From Clostridia bacterium (GTDB lineage: Bacteria; Bacillota; Clostridia; JBAXOJ01), in NCBI GenBank assembly GCA_037133315.1, contig JBAXOJ010000001.1:1-44902 (forward strand): a stretch of 44,902 bases of DNA, read 5' to 3'. The notes below the pieces were generated by a model. That model saw only the letters and a list, made by a program, of their open reading frames with translations, was not told the DNA's origin and ran no database searches. Both the position numbers and the translations under genes were made by a program. Below, one piece after another: positions 19,100-26,873 of the stretch (position 1 is the stretch's first letter; each line of letters begins with the position of its first letter).

Positions 19100-19750
19100 A
19101 TGGAACCAATTGTCGTAGGCAGTTTAACCGAAAATTATATCAGGGAGAACTTGAAACAGGATGCGGGCATTCTTGCTACTTTGCGCGCTTACGCCGCACA
19201 ACACAATGTCCCTGTCATTACTTTGGAAGTCAAGAAACTGTTGGAGGTCATCCTTGCGATCCACCCGCCAACGCGCGTCTTGGAAATTGGAACTGCAATT
19301 GGCTATTCCTCCATTTTCTTTGCTCAAACCATGACAAATGGCGGACAAATTGATACAATAGAGGTCGATCCGGATATGGTGATTCTCGCACGCGAGAACA
19401 TCAAAACCGCTAGCATTGCGGCAGACATCAATGTCATTTGTGGGGATGCGCTGGACGTGTTACCTTGTTTGACTGGTACATACGATTTGATTTTTGTGGA
19501 CGGACCAAAGGCAAAGTACATTGAGATGTTGCCTGAATGCATGCGTTTGCTGGCACAAAAGGGACTGCTCATCACAGACAATATCCTATACCGAGGTTTT
19601 GTTGCCACACCAGACACGCGCGTCCCGCAACAGAGACGCTCTTTAGTTCGAAATCTGCGTGCATACATCAAACTTTTATGTACCATGGACAACCTGGAGA
19701 CGACTGTGATTCCTATCGGAGACGGTGTTTCCATTTCAATCAGGAAATGA
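19100..19750 (+). CDS. trmR: Class I SAM-dependent O-methyltransferase, YrrM/TrmR-like (tRNA 5-hydroxyuridine methyltransferase family)
   Basis: The SAM-binding motif is VLEIGTAIGYS and the acidic motif is DLIFVDG. It occupies the same position, between mltG and a U32 peptidase gene, as B. subtilis yrrM. Confidence 0.75.
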   Translation: MEPIVVGSLTENYIRENLKQDAGILATLRAYAAQHNVPVITLEVKKLLEVILAIHPPTRVLEIGTAIGYSSIFFAQTMTNGGQIDTIEVDPDMVILARENIKTASIAADINVICGDALDVLPCLTGTYDLIFVDGPKAKYIEMLPECMRLLAQKGLLITDNILYRGFVATPDTRVPQQRRSLVRNLRAYIKLLCTMDNLETTVIPIGDGVSISIRK

Positions 19751-19757
19751 GGCAAGG

Positions 19758-20987
19758 ATGAAAAAGATCGAACTGCTGTCCCCAGCGGGCGGGCTTGAAA
19801 AGCTAAAAATGGCGATCATCTATGGTGCTGATGCAGTATATCTTGCGGCAAAGGACTTTGGTCTGCGCGCGTTCGCGGATAATTTTACGCACGATGAAAT
19901 CATGGAAGGGGTGGCGTTTGCGCATGCGCATGACAAGCGGGTTTATCTTGCGATGAACATTTTGGCGCACAATGCGGACCTATCAGGGATGCCTGATTTG
20001 ATCCGATTCGCAACGCAAGCGGGGATAGATGCCATCATCGTTTCAGACCCTGGCGTCATCACGCTTATCAAAACACACGCGCCTGAGATGGAGATTCACC
20101 TCAGCACGCAAGCCAGTACGACAAACTGGATGAGCGCGAAATTTTGGCATGACCAGGGCGTCAAACGCATTGTCCTCGCACGTGAACTCACGCTACAGGA
20201 GATTGCAGAAGTGACGGAAAAAATTCCAGAAACCTTAGAAATAGAGGCGTTCATACACGGCGCGATGTGTATTTCCTATTCGGGACGGTGTCTGCTAAGC
20301 AACTATATGACCGGGCGCGATGCCAACCAAGGTGGTTGTGCCCATCCTTGTCGGTACTCGTACACGGTGATGGAAGAACAACGAACTGGGGAGTATTATC
20401 CGGTCGAAGAAGATGAACGGGGGACCCATATTTTCAATTCGCGTGATTTGTGCATGATTCGCCATATTCCAGAACTCATCGCATCTGGCTTAGATAGTCT
20501 GAAGATTGAAGGGCGCGCAAAAAGCGCATATTATGTAGCGACCGTGACGGCAGTTTATCGCAACGCCATCGATGCTTACTACAAGGATCCAGCGAATTAT
20601 GTTTACCGTGAGGAATGGTTTCAGGAACTATCCAAGGCGAGTCATCGTGAATATTCCACAGGCTTCTATTTCGGGAAACCCGGGCATGACGGGCAGGTTT
20701 ATGATACTAGCGCTTATGTCAGAGATTGTACCTTTGTAGGGGTGGTGCGCGCATACGACAGCGAGACTGGCTTTGCTTTGGTAGAGCAGAGAAACCGGAT
20801 GTTTCAAGGGGAAGTCATAGAGATTTTGCAACCGGATGGAACCTGGTTTCAACAAGAATTGACGATCATCAAAGACAAAAATGGCGCGCGGATTGAAGTT
20901 GCACCGCATCCGCAGATGCAAATTTCGATAAAGACTGATAGAATAGTAGTACCGTGGTCGATATTAAGACGACCAGGAGAACAATAG
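19758..20987 (+). CDS. Peptidase U32 family protein (YrrO/TrhP-like, tRNA ho5U synthesis family)
   Basis: The N-terminus is MKKIELLSPAG. The U32 signature region is E.FIHGAMCISYSGRCLLS. The ATG at 19758 follows AGGCAAGG. Confidence 0.85.
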   Translation: MKKIELLSPAGGLEKLKMAIIYGADAVYLAAKDFGLRAFADNFTHDEIMEGVAFAHAHDKRVYLAMNILAHNADLSGMPDLIRFATQAGIDAIIVSDPGVITLIKTHAPEMEIHLSTQASTTNWMSAKFWHDQGVKRIVLARELTLQEIAEVTEKIPETLEIEAFIHGAMCISYSGRCLLSNYMTGRDANQGGCAHPCRYSYTVMEEQRTGEYYPVEEDERGTHIFNSRDLCMIRHIPELIASGLDSLKIEGRAKSAYYVATVTAVYRNAIDAYYKDPANYVYREEWFQELSKASHREYSTGFYFGKPGHDGQVYDTSAYVRDCTFVGVVRAYDSETGFALVEQRNRMFQGEVIEILQPDGTWFQQELTIIKDKNGARIEVAPHPQMQISIKTDRIVVPWSILRRPGEQ

Positions 20988-20999
20988 GAGGCGAGTAGA

Positions 21000-21815
21000 G
21001 TGCATACCAATAACATTGATAACGCTGCAAAATTTATTTTAGCAAAATTAGGCAAGACCCCGGAACTTGTGGTTGTGCTAGGTTCTGGTTTGGGTTCCTT
21101 GATGGACGATGTCAAAAATAAGATTGAAATCAACTATTCCGAAATTCCAGGGTTTCCTCAAACCACCGTGTTTGGGCACTTGGGGATGATTATCGCGGGG
21201 GAACTCGGCGGCAAATTTGTCATGGCCATGAAAGGTCGTTTTCACTATTATGAAGGACATCATATGGAAACGGTTGTCATGCCAATTCGCGTGTTTTATG
21301 AAATGGGCATCCGGAAACTCCTGCTGACCAACGCGTGCGGAGGCGTTAATACATCATTTGTGCCTGGGGATTTGATGATTTTGACGGATCATCTTGGATT
21401 CAATTGTCCTTCGCCATTGCGAGGAGAAAACAAAGAAAAGTTCGGACCTAGATTCCCTGATATGTCCCAGGTCTATTCCAAACGATTGATTGACATCGCT
21501 AAGAATGCTGCAAAGAAGACGCAAATTGACATCAAAACGGGTGTATATATGTTTTGTAAGGGGCCACAGTTTGAGACCCCTGCCGAGATCCGCGCAGCGC
21601 GAACGTTAGGCGCAGACGCCGTGGGAATGTCAACGGTGCCAGAGGCGATTGTGGCAAATCACATGAAGATGGAGACCTTGGCGATCTCGACCATCACCAA
21701 CATGGCCGCGGGCGTGCTCGATCAGCCGCTTTGTCATGAAGAAGTGTTGGAGACAGGCAAAATGGTGGGTAAGAAATTTGCCGCCCTCATCAAAGAAATC
21801 ATTATAGAACTATAG
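21000..21815 (+). CDS. punA: Purine nucleoside phosphorylase (trimeric PunA type)
   Basis: Motifs VLGSGLG, GRFHYYEG, TNACGG and GMSTVPE are present. The start codon is GTG. Confidence 0.9.
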   Translation: MHTNNIDNAAKFILAKLGKTPELVVVLGSGLGSLMDDVKNKIEINYSEIPGFPQTTVFGHLGMIIAGELGGKFVMAMKGRFHYYEGHHMETVVMPIRVFYEMGIRKLLLTNACGGVNTSFVPGDLMILTDHLGFNCPSPLRGENKEKFGPRFPDMSQVYSKRLIDIAKNAAKKTQIDIKTGVYMFCKGPQFETPAEIRAARTLGADAVGMSTVPEAIVANHMKMETLAISTITNMAAGVLDQPLCHEEVLETGKMVGKKFAALIKEIIIEL

Positions 21816-21827
21816 GAGTGAGTGCAC

Positions 21828-23063
21828 ATGGAAATTAGAGATCGAAGTTTGGCAAAGGCAGGCATTGAGAAAATCAACTGGGTCAACGCGTACATGCCAG
21901 TTTTGGCGATTTTAGAAAAGGAATTGAAGGAAGAAGGCGTCTTTCACGGGAAACGCATTGCGATGTCGATTCACCTCGAAGCAAAGACGGCACGGCTCGC
22001 ACTTCTTCTAAAAAACGCTGGCGCGGAGGTGGCCGTCACCGGCTGCAATCCATTGTCCACGCAGGACGATGTCTGTGCAGGGCTCGCGGAGCTTGGGCTA
22101 GAGGTCAACGCCTGGTACAACGCGACCCCCTCAGAATATGATCGCCATTTGATCAACACCCTATCCATCATGCCCGATGTCATCATCGATGATGGTGGAG
22201 ATCTGGTGATTTTGTTGCATGGCGCATATCCGCAACTTGCTGAAAATCTCATTGGCGGATGTGAAGAGACGACCACGGGGATTCACCGCTTGCGCGCGCG
22301 CGACGCCGAGGGCAGCCTTGCGTTTCCGATGCTCGCAGTCAATGACGCAGACTGCAAACACTTATTCGACAATCGCTACGGTACGGGGCAATCGGTGTTT
22401 GACGGCATCATTCGCACCACCAACCTTATTGTCGCAGGAAAAGTAGTCGTGGTGGCCGGGTTCGGCTGGTGTGGCAAGGGGATCGCGATGCGTGCAAAAG
22501 GTCTTGGCGCAAAAGTAGTGGTCACTGAAATTGATCCAATTAAAGCGATTGAAGCCGTCATGGAGGGCTTTGAAGTGATGGCGATGGATCAGGCTGCAAA
22601 AGTCGGCGATATCTTTGTCACCGTCACGGGTTGCGCGGATGTCATTGTTGAGAGGCATTTTAAAGACATGAAAGACGGTGTCATTCTATGTAATGCAGGG
22701 CATTTCGACAGTGAAATTAACATTGTGCAATTGCATGACTGTGCCATCATGAACACCAAACGTCGTCACAATATCACGGGCTATACGATGGAAAACGGAA
22801 ACACACTGAATTTGCTAGCAGAAGGGCGCCTTGTCAACCTGGCTGCCGCGGATGGACACCCAGCGGAAATCATGGATATGAGCTTCGCGATTCAGGCGTT
22901 GAGCTTGCGACATATGCTTTTGGAAGGCCCTAAGATGGAGAAAAAAGTGTACGAGATTCCGAAGGAGATTGATGACAAGGTCGCTGGCCTCAAGTTGGCT
23001 TCGCTTGGCATTACGATTGATACACTGACGCAGGCGCAAGTCGATTATTTAAAAAAATACTAA
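21828..23063 (+). CDS. ahcY: Adenosylhomocysteinase (short, archaeal/bacterial type)
   Basis: The NAD-binding motif is VVVAGFGWCGKG. The SAHH signatures SCNPLSTQD-like (GCNPLSTQDD) and GHFD.EI are present. AGGAG lies 9 nt upstream of the ATG at 21828. Confidence 0.92.
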   Translation: MEIRDRSLAKAGIEKINWVNAYMPVLAILEKELKEEGVFHGKRIAMSIHLEAKTARLALLLKNAGAEVAVTGCNPLSTQDDVCAGLAELGLEVNAWYNATPSEYDRHLINTLSIMPDVIIDDGGDLVILLHGAYPQLAENLIGGCEETTTGIHRLRARDAEGSLAFPMLAVNDADCKHLFDNRYGTGQSVFDGIIRTTNLIVAGKVVVVAGFGWCGKGIAMRAKGLGAKVVVTEIDPIKAIEAVMEGFEVMAMDQAAKVGDIFVTVTGCADVIVERHFKDMKDGVILCNAGHFDSEINIVQLHDCAIMNTKRRHNITGYTMENGNTLNLLAEGRLVNLAAADGHPAEIMDMSFAIQALSLRHMLLEGPKMEKKVYEIPKEIDDKVAGLKLASLGITIDTLTQAQVDYLKKY

Positions 23064-23076
23064 AGGTGGTTTTTAC

Positions 23077-24315
23077 GTGTCACTTGTCAAAAAGACAAAG
23101 CACGCGGTATCGAATCTAGCAGTTTCAATGAGTTACTGGGTTGAAACGCCGAAAACGGTATCGAAGAAAATGCCGTTGCTCGTGTTCTTGCATGGCAGCG
23201 GTGGACACGCCCCATTGAATCAAATGACCGAAGACGATGGGATATTTGAGTTGAATACTTTTGTTGAACCTGCCTATGCGTATCCTTTCATCGTAATCCA
23301 ACCAATTCTACCTACCGATGAAACGGGGAAGTACGCGGTGCGCGGATGGATAGGCGTAGCGGATTTGGTCATGGAAGCGATCAATCAAACGGTCGCGCAA
23401 TTTGACATTGACGAAGACCGCATCTATCTTTCTGGCTTTAGCATGGGTGGCAGGGGCACTTGGGATGTCGCATCCTTGTATCCTGACCGATTCGCCGCTC
23501 TGATGCCTGCTGGCTGGCACTCGAGTGTGGAAACAGCATGCAAAGTCACACACATTCCAGTCTGGTCTTTCAATGGAATCATGGATCAATCTTGCAACTT
23601 TTATGGAGCGGAACGCGTCGTGAACGCATTTCGAAAGGCTGGTGGCGACATCAATTTTACGATGTATCACGGCGGGCATGTGTTTGAAGCAGATACCTTA
23701 TCTGAAGGCAATCTGCGCTGGCTCCTTTCCCACAACAAGGCTGACAACGCGATGCGTAACGCTCAAAAAAAACTGGAACAGGCGCAGTTGAAATACAAAA
23801 TGGAACACGCTCCAAGCTACCTGGTCGATTTTGGTAGACTGTCAGCGTGGGACCAAGTAACGGCTGTGAAGTTGGAAAACGACTCTTTTTCTGCGGAATT
23901 CAAAGTCATGCATGACGAATCGAACTTGTACGTCTTTGTGGAAGTGAGTGGTGCTTCGTTTGGGCTAAACGCAAAGGATTCCATTGAGTTATTTGTTGAC
24001 TTCAACAACAAAAAGTCTCCAATCTATGATTTGCAATGTGCGCATTACATGATTACTGCGGATAACAAACAGATGAATGCCATGCCGTTTGAAAAACTCA
24101 AAGAAGTTGGTTCTATGATCTCAATTCTTGATCTCACCACGGTTTTTGAAGTCGCAATTCCGTTCCGGAAGGAAGCCTTATCGGCAGATGCCATCGGATT
24201 TGATTTGTACGTCAATCAGTTTGATGAAAACGACAATCGCTCCTTACTCGCCTGGTCGGACCAGGAAAATCAAGCATGGTTCAATCCTGAGGCATTTGGT
24301 AGCATATATTTCTAA
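23077..24315 (+). CDS. Alpha/beta-hydrolase esterase fused to a C-terminal CBM9 (carbohydrate-binding family 9) domain, with no signal peptide
   Basis: The esterase half has LLVFLHGSGG, the nucleophile elbow GFSMGG and a later HGG. The C-terminal 160 aa carry CBM9 hallmarks (NLYVFVEV, DSIELFVDFNN, IGFDLYVNQFDENDNRSLLAWSD..W.NPEAFGSIYF). The GTG start follows AAGGTGG. Confidence 0.7.
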   Translation: MSLVKKTKHAVSNLAVSMSYWVETPKTVSKKMPLLVFLHGSGGHAPLNQMTEDDGIFELNTFVEPAYAYPFIVIQPILPTDETGKYAVRGWIGVADLVMEAINQTVAQFDIDEDRIYLSGFSMGGRGTWDVASLYPDRFAALMPAGWHSSVETACKVTHIPVWSFNGIMDQSCNFYGAERVVNAFRKAGGDINFTMYHGGHVFEADTLSEGNLRWLLSHNKADNAMRNAQKKLEQAQLKYKMEHAPSYLVDFGRLSAWDQVTAVKLENDSFSAEFKVMHDESNLYVFVEVSGASFGLNAKDSIELFVDFNNKKSPIYDLQCAHYMITADNKQMNAMPFEKLKEVGSMISILDLTTVFEVAIPFRKEALSADAIGFDLYVNQFDENDNRSLLAWSDQENQAWFNPEAFGSIYF

Positions 24316-25309
24316 AGACTTCAGCTAAACGATCTCCAATTTCGACCATACCCGTCGTGCTTGGGTGCAATAAATCAATCGAGAGACCTTTTCCTGATGT
24401 GAGAAGGTCTTTTCCACACACATATTTGAAATTCTTATTTTTTCTCTCAAATTTGATTGCTTCGTTGCGGACTACGTCGCGGAAATCAAAGACTTCTTGA
24501 TCTTTTTTCAAATCGTTACCGTTTAAAAAAATGTCGATGCAAACCACCGGGATGTCTTTGTGTGCCTCTGCAATCGTCGGGATGAAATACTCCACGCGCT
24601 CCTTGAACAAATCAACGGATGCCCAATCATTTTTCGCCATATCCCAAACCATATTGACACCAAGTTCCATCGAAAGAAAGCGGATGTTCTTTTGTGCTGC
24701 GATATGGTCCGCCATGGCTCTTTCCAGATTTGCTGATCCAGAAAAGCCATAATTGAAGTGTTCGGCTTTCAGCTGTTGCGCCGTCCAAGCCACGTAATTC
24801 ATATCTGGCAGGAGCGCCGAACCACCAGCGGTGATGGAGGATCCATAAGCAAAATAATTCAACTTTGGTCTTTTCACGCCATCCATCGGTTCAAGCGCCC
24901 CGATGATTTCAGGCGGGCCATAGTGGCCACCATTCAGGAGGACGCGGACCATATTTGAGTCAAACGGCATGTCCGATTCCTCTTCCATCAGGATTAGGTT
25001 TTCCATATTATTTGGCTTTGTAATCACAAATTCATTCCGGCCGGGATTGACATATAAAGCGGTGCTCGCCTTGTAACAACCATGCATCAGACGTACGACA
25101 GAACTTTGCTCATTCAAAGAATGGATCACGAGGGTCACTTCGGGATCCTTCATTTTGAAACGAATCTCGACGCCCGCGCATTCGAAGGCGATGTGTTTTT
25201 GGACCATTTCATTGCGCAACTTTTCCGGCAATCTTGTCATCGCGAGTTTCCCTTTGTCATTTTCCTCAAACCCTACGACATTATGAAGTTCCATCATTTG
25301 ATATTGCAT
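24281..25309 (-). CDS. SGNH/GDSL-family hydrolase (probable carbohydrate esterase) with an N-terminal beta-rich domain
   Basis: Block I is AYGSSITAGG, block II GFSG, block III GVN and block V DLLHP. I preferred the ATG at 25309 (AAGGGGA 9 nt upstream) over the ORF-track ATG at 25360. The last 11 codons overlap the convergent esterase gene. Confidence 0.75.
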   Translation of the reverse strand: MQYQMMELHNVVGFEENDKGKLAMTRLPEKLRNEMVQKHIAFECAGVEIRFKMKDPEVTLVIHSLNEQSSVVRLMHGCYKASTALYVNPGRNEFVITKPNNMENLILMEEESDMPFDSNMVRVLLNGGHYGPPEIIGALEPMDGVKRPKLNYFAYGSSITAGGSALLPDMNYVAWTAQQLKAEHFNYGFSGSANLERAMADHIAAQKNIRFLSMELGVNMVWDMAKNDWASVDLFKERVEYFIPTIAEAHKDIPVVCIDIFLNGNDLKKDQEVFDFRDVVRNEAIKFERKNKNFKYVCGKDLLTSGKGLSIDLLHPSTTGMVEIGDRLAEVFRNICYQMPQD

Positions 25310-25393
25310 ATTGATCATTCCCCTTAAGTATATTCTGTCGAAAATAATATCATTATTCATTGAAAAATGAAAGACATCGAACGCACGTATCGG

Positions 25394-25454
25394 TTGGTAG
25401 GGTTTCGGGCTGGCAAGTCCCTACGCGGGATTTGCTCGCGAAAAACCCTACCAA
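25394..25454. repeat. 61-nt near-palindromic element, copy A
   Basis: TTGGTAGGGTTT CGGGC TGGCAAGTCCC TACGC GGGATTTGCTCG CG AAAAACCCTACCAA. The 12-bp outer stem is perfect. The inner stem is 9-13 bp and includes a G.T pair. Confidence 0.85.
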
Positions 25455-25600
25455 GAACGCATAAATGACAGGCGCGCAAGAGGGTTTTTAGACAAATGCA
25501 TTTACCTTTTTCTTTTTTGTTTTGGATAATACATCCTTTTTCATGGCAAGGGCAGTTGGAAGGTACAAAATCTAACGATTTTGAGAATTTACGAGCTGGA

Positions 25601-25628
25601 TGGTAGGGAAATTGGCGACCAAGTCCCT
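25601..25628. repeat. Half copy (5' arm only) of the palindromic element
   Basis: TGGTAGGGAAATTGGCGACCAAGTCCCT aligns with the first 28 nt (from TGG) of copies A and B. It directly abuts copy B. Confidence 0.6.
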
Positions 25629-25631
25629 CTG

Positions 25632-25692
25632 TTGGTAGTGTTTCGGGCGAGCAAGTCCCGCGTAGGGATTTGCCTGCCAAAAACCCTACCAA
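25632..25692. repeat. 61-nt near-palindromic element, copy B
   Basis: TTGGTAGTGTTT CGGGC GAGCAAGTCCC GCGTA GGGATTTGCCTG CC AAAAACCCTACCAA. It has the same architecture as copy A, but the apical loop is the reverse complement of A's. Confidence 0.85.
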
Positions 25693-25721
25693 GATTAGCT
25701 TTCTTGCAGTACTTGTTTTCC

Positions 25722-25751
25722 TTGACATTTCAAGCCCTTTTGAGGTATATT
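25722..25751 (+). promoter_or_regulatory. Sigma-A-like promoter for the serine-biosynthesis operon
   Basis: TTGACA (25722-25727), an 18-nt spacer, then TATATT (25746-25751). This predicts a leader of only about 30 nt, so there is no room for a riboswitch or T-box. Confidence 0.55.
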
Positions 25752-25787
25752 TAATTGAAATTATTTGTGACAAGAAGGATGATTGAG

Positions 25788-26858
25788 ATGCATAAAAGAC
25801 TGTTTATTCCTGGCCCTGTAGATGTGAGAGAAGATGTGCTTTCCAAGATGGCGACGCCGATGATTGGGCATCGCACGAAAGATGCTTCCAATCTCCAAAG
25901 AAGCATCTCTGAGAAGATGCAAAAATTGATGTATACGACCAATGCAATTTTGCTCTCGACCTCATCCGGCAGTGGTTTAATGGAGGGCGCGATTCGCTCA
26001 TGTACGCGTACGCGGGCGGCGGTTTTTTCCATCGGCGCGTTTGGCGACCGCTGGTATAAGATGGCGACGGCGAATGGCGTGCCTGCGGACAAGTTTTCGT
26101 CGACGCTAGGATGCCCCACGACCCCAGAGATGGTGGATGAAGTGTTGGCGACAGGCAAATACGACTTAATCACCATTACCCACAACGAAACTGCGACAGG
26201 CGTCACGAACCCCACCGATGCGATTGCGCAGGTCATGAAAAAATATCCCGACGTCGTCTGGTGTCTTGATACGGTCAGTTCTTTAGGCGGGACCAAGGTC
26301 GAAGTCGACAAACTGGGCGTAGACATCTGCATCACTTCGACGCAGAAATGCCTTGGATTGCCACCAGGAATGTCCGTGTGTTCCTTCTCACCCAAAGCGA
26401 TTGCTGCCGCAAAACAAGTAGAGCACCGCGGGTTATATTTTGATTTACTTGAAATTTATGAATACATTCTGAAAAAGGATTTCCAATACCCTTCGACGCC
26501 TTCGCTTTCGCACATGTATGCGCTGGACTTTCAATTGGATCGCATCATGGAAGAAGGGCTGGACAATCGGTTTGCACGGCATGCGGAAATGGCGCAATGC
26601 GTGCGCGACTGGGCGAAAAAGTACTTTTCACTGCTTGCGGAAGAGCAATACGCATCCAACACGGTCACCTGTATCAACAACACAAGAAACATTGATGTGT
26701 CGGCCTTGAACAAGGCACTTGGAGAGCGCGGCTGCGTGATTTCAAACGGGTATGGCGCATTGAAAGACGTCACATTCCGCATTGCACACATGGCGGATAC
26801 GACGGTTGCGGAGATACAGACGTTGTTAGCCGATATCGACGATATCTTGAAACTATAA
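25788..26858 (+). CDS. PLP-dependent class V aminotransferase (serine-pathway type, probable phosphoserine/serine-glyoxylate aminotransferase)
   Basis: The N-terminus is LFIPGPV. The PLP-lysine motif is TSTQKCLG. serA lies immediately upstream of nothing else and immediately follows this gene. The ATG at 25788 is 8 nt after GAAGGA; the TTG at 25755 in the ORF track sits inside the promoter. Confidence 0.85.
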   Translation: MHKRLFIPGPVDVREDVLSKMATPMIGHRTKDASNLQRSISEKMQKLMYTTNAILLSTSSGSGLMEGAIRSCTRTRAAVFSIGAFGDRWYKMATANGVPADKFSSTLGCPTTPEMVDEVLATGKYDLITITHNETATGVTNPTDAIAQVMKKYPDVVWCLDTVSSLGGTKVEVDKLGVDICITSTQKCLGLPPGMSVCSFSPKAIAAAKQVEHRGLYFDLLEIYEYILKKDFQYPSTPSLSHMYALDFQLDRIMEEGLDNRFARHAEMAQCVRDWAKKYFSLLAEEQYASNTVTCINNTRNIDVSALNKALGERGCVISNGYGALKDVTFRIAHMADTTVAEIQTLLADIDDILKL

Positions 26859-26873
26859 AATGGAGGAGTCAAC

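Noticed and set aside
25488-25544. 17-aa Lys-rich minus-strand ORF (MKKDVLSKTKKKKVNAFV) in the spacer between the two palindromes
   Set aside because: It has no Shine-Dalgarno sequence and arises from an A/T homopolymer-rich stretch. Nothing supports translation.
25394-25692. Possible known riboswitch or T-box in the palindromic elements (guanidine-I/ykkC, mini-ykkC ACGR loops, glycine, ZTP, Ser T-box)
   Set aside because: There is some superficial resemblance (TAGGGTT.CGGGC, an ACGC loop, ACGCGGGA). The defining conserved blocks are absent: GGUCCGAGAG and CCCGGGAGA for ykkC, the 4-nt ACGR tetraloop closed by C-G, and GGUGGUACCGCG for the T-box. The elements also lie upstream of the predicted promoters rather than in a leader.
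25357-25773. 138-aa minus-strand ORF spanning the whole divergent intergenic region
   Set aside because: It runs through both palindromic elements and the predicted serine-operon promoter and has no RBS. Its translation is low-complexity and Cys/Arg/Lys-rich, with no domain-like pattern. It also overlaps the start region of the SGNH gene.
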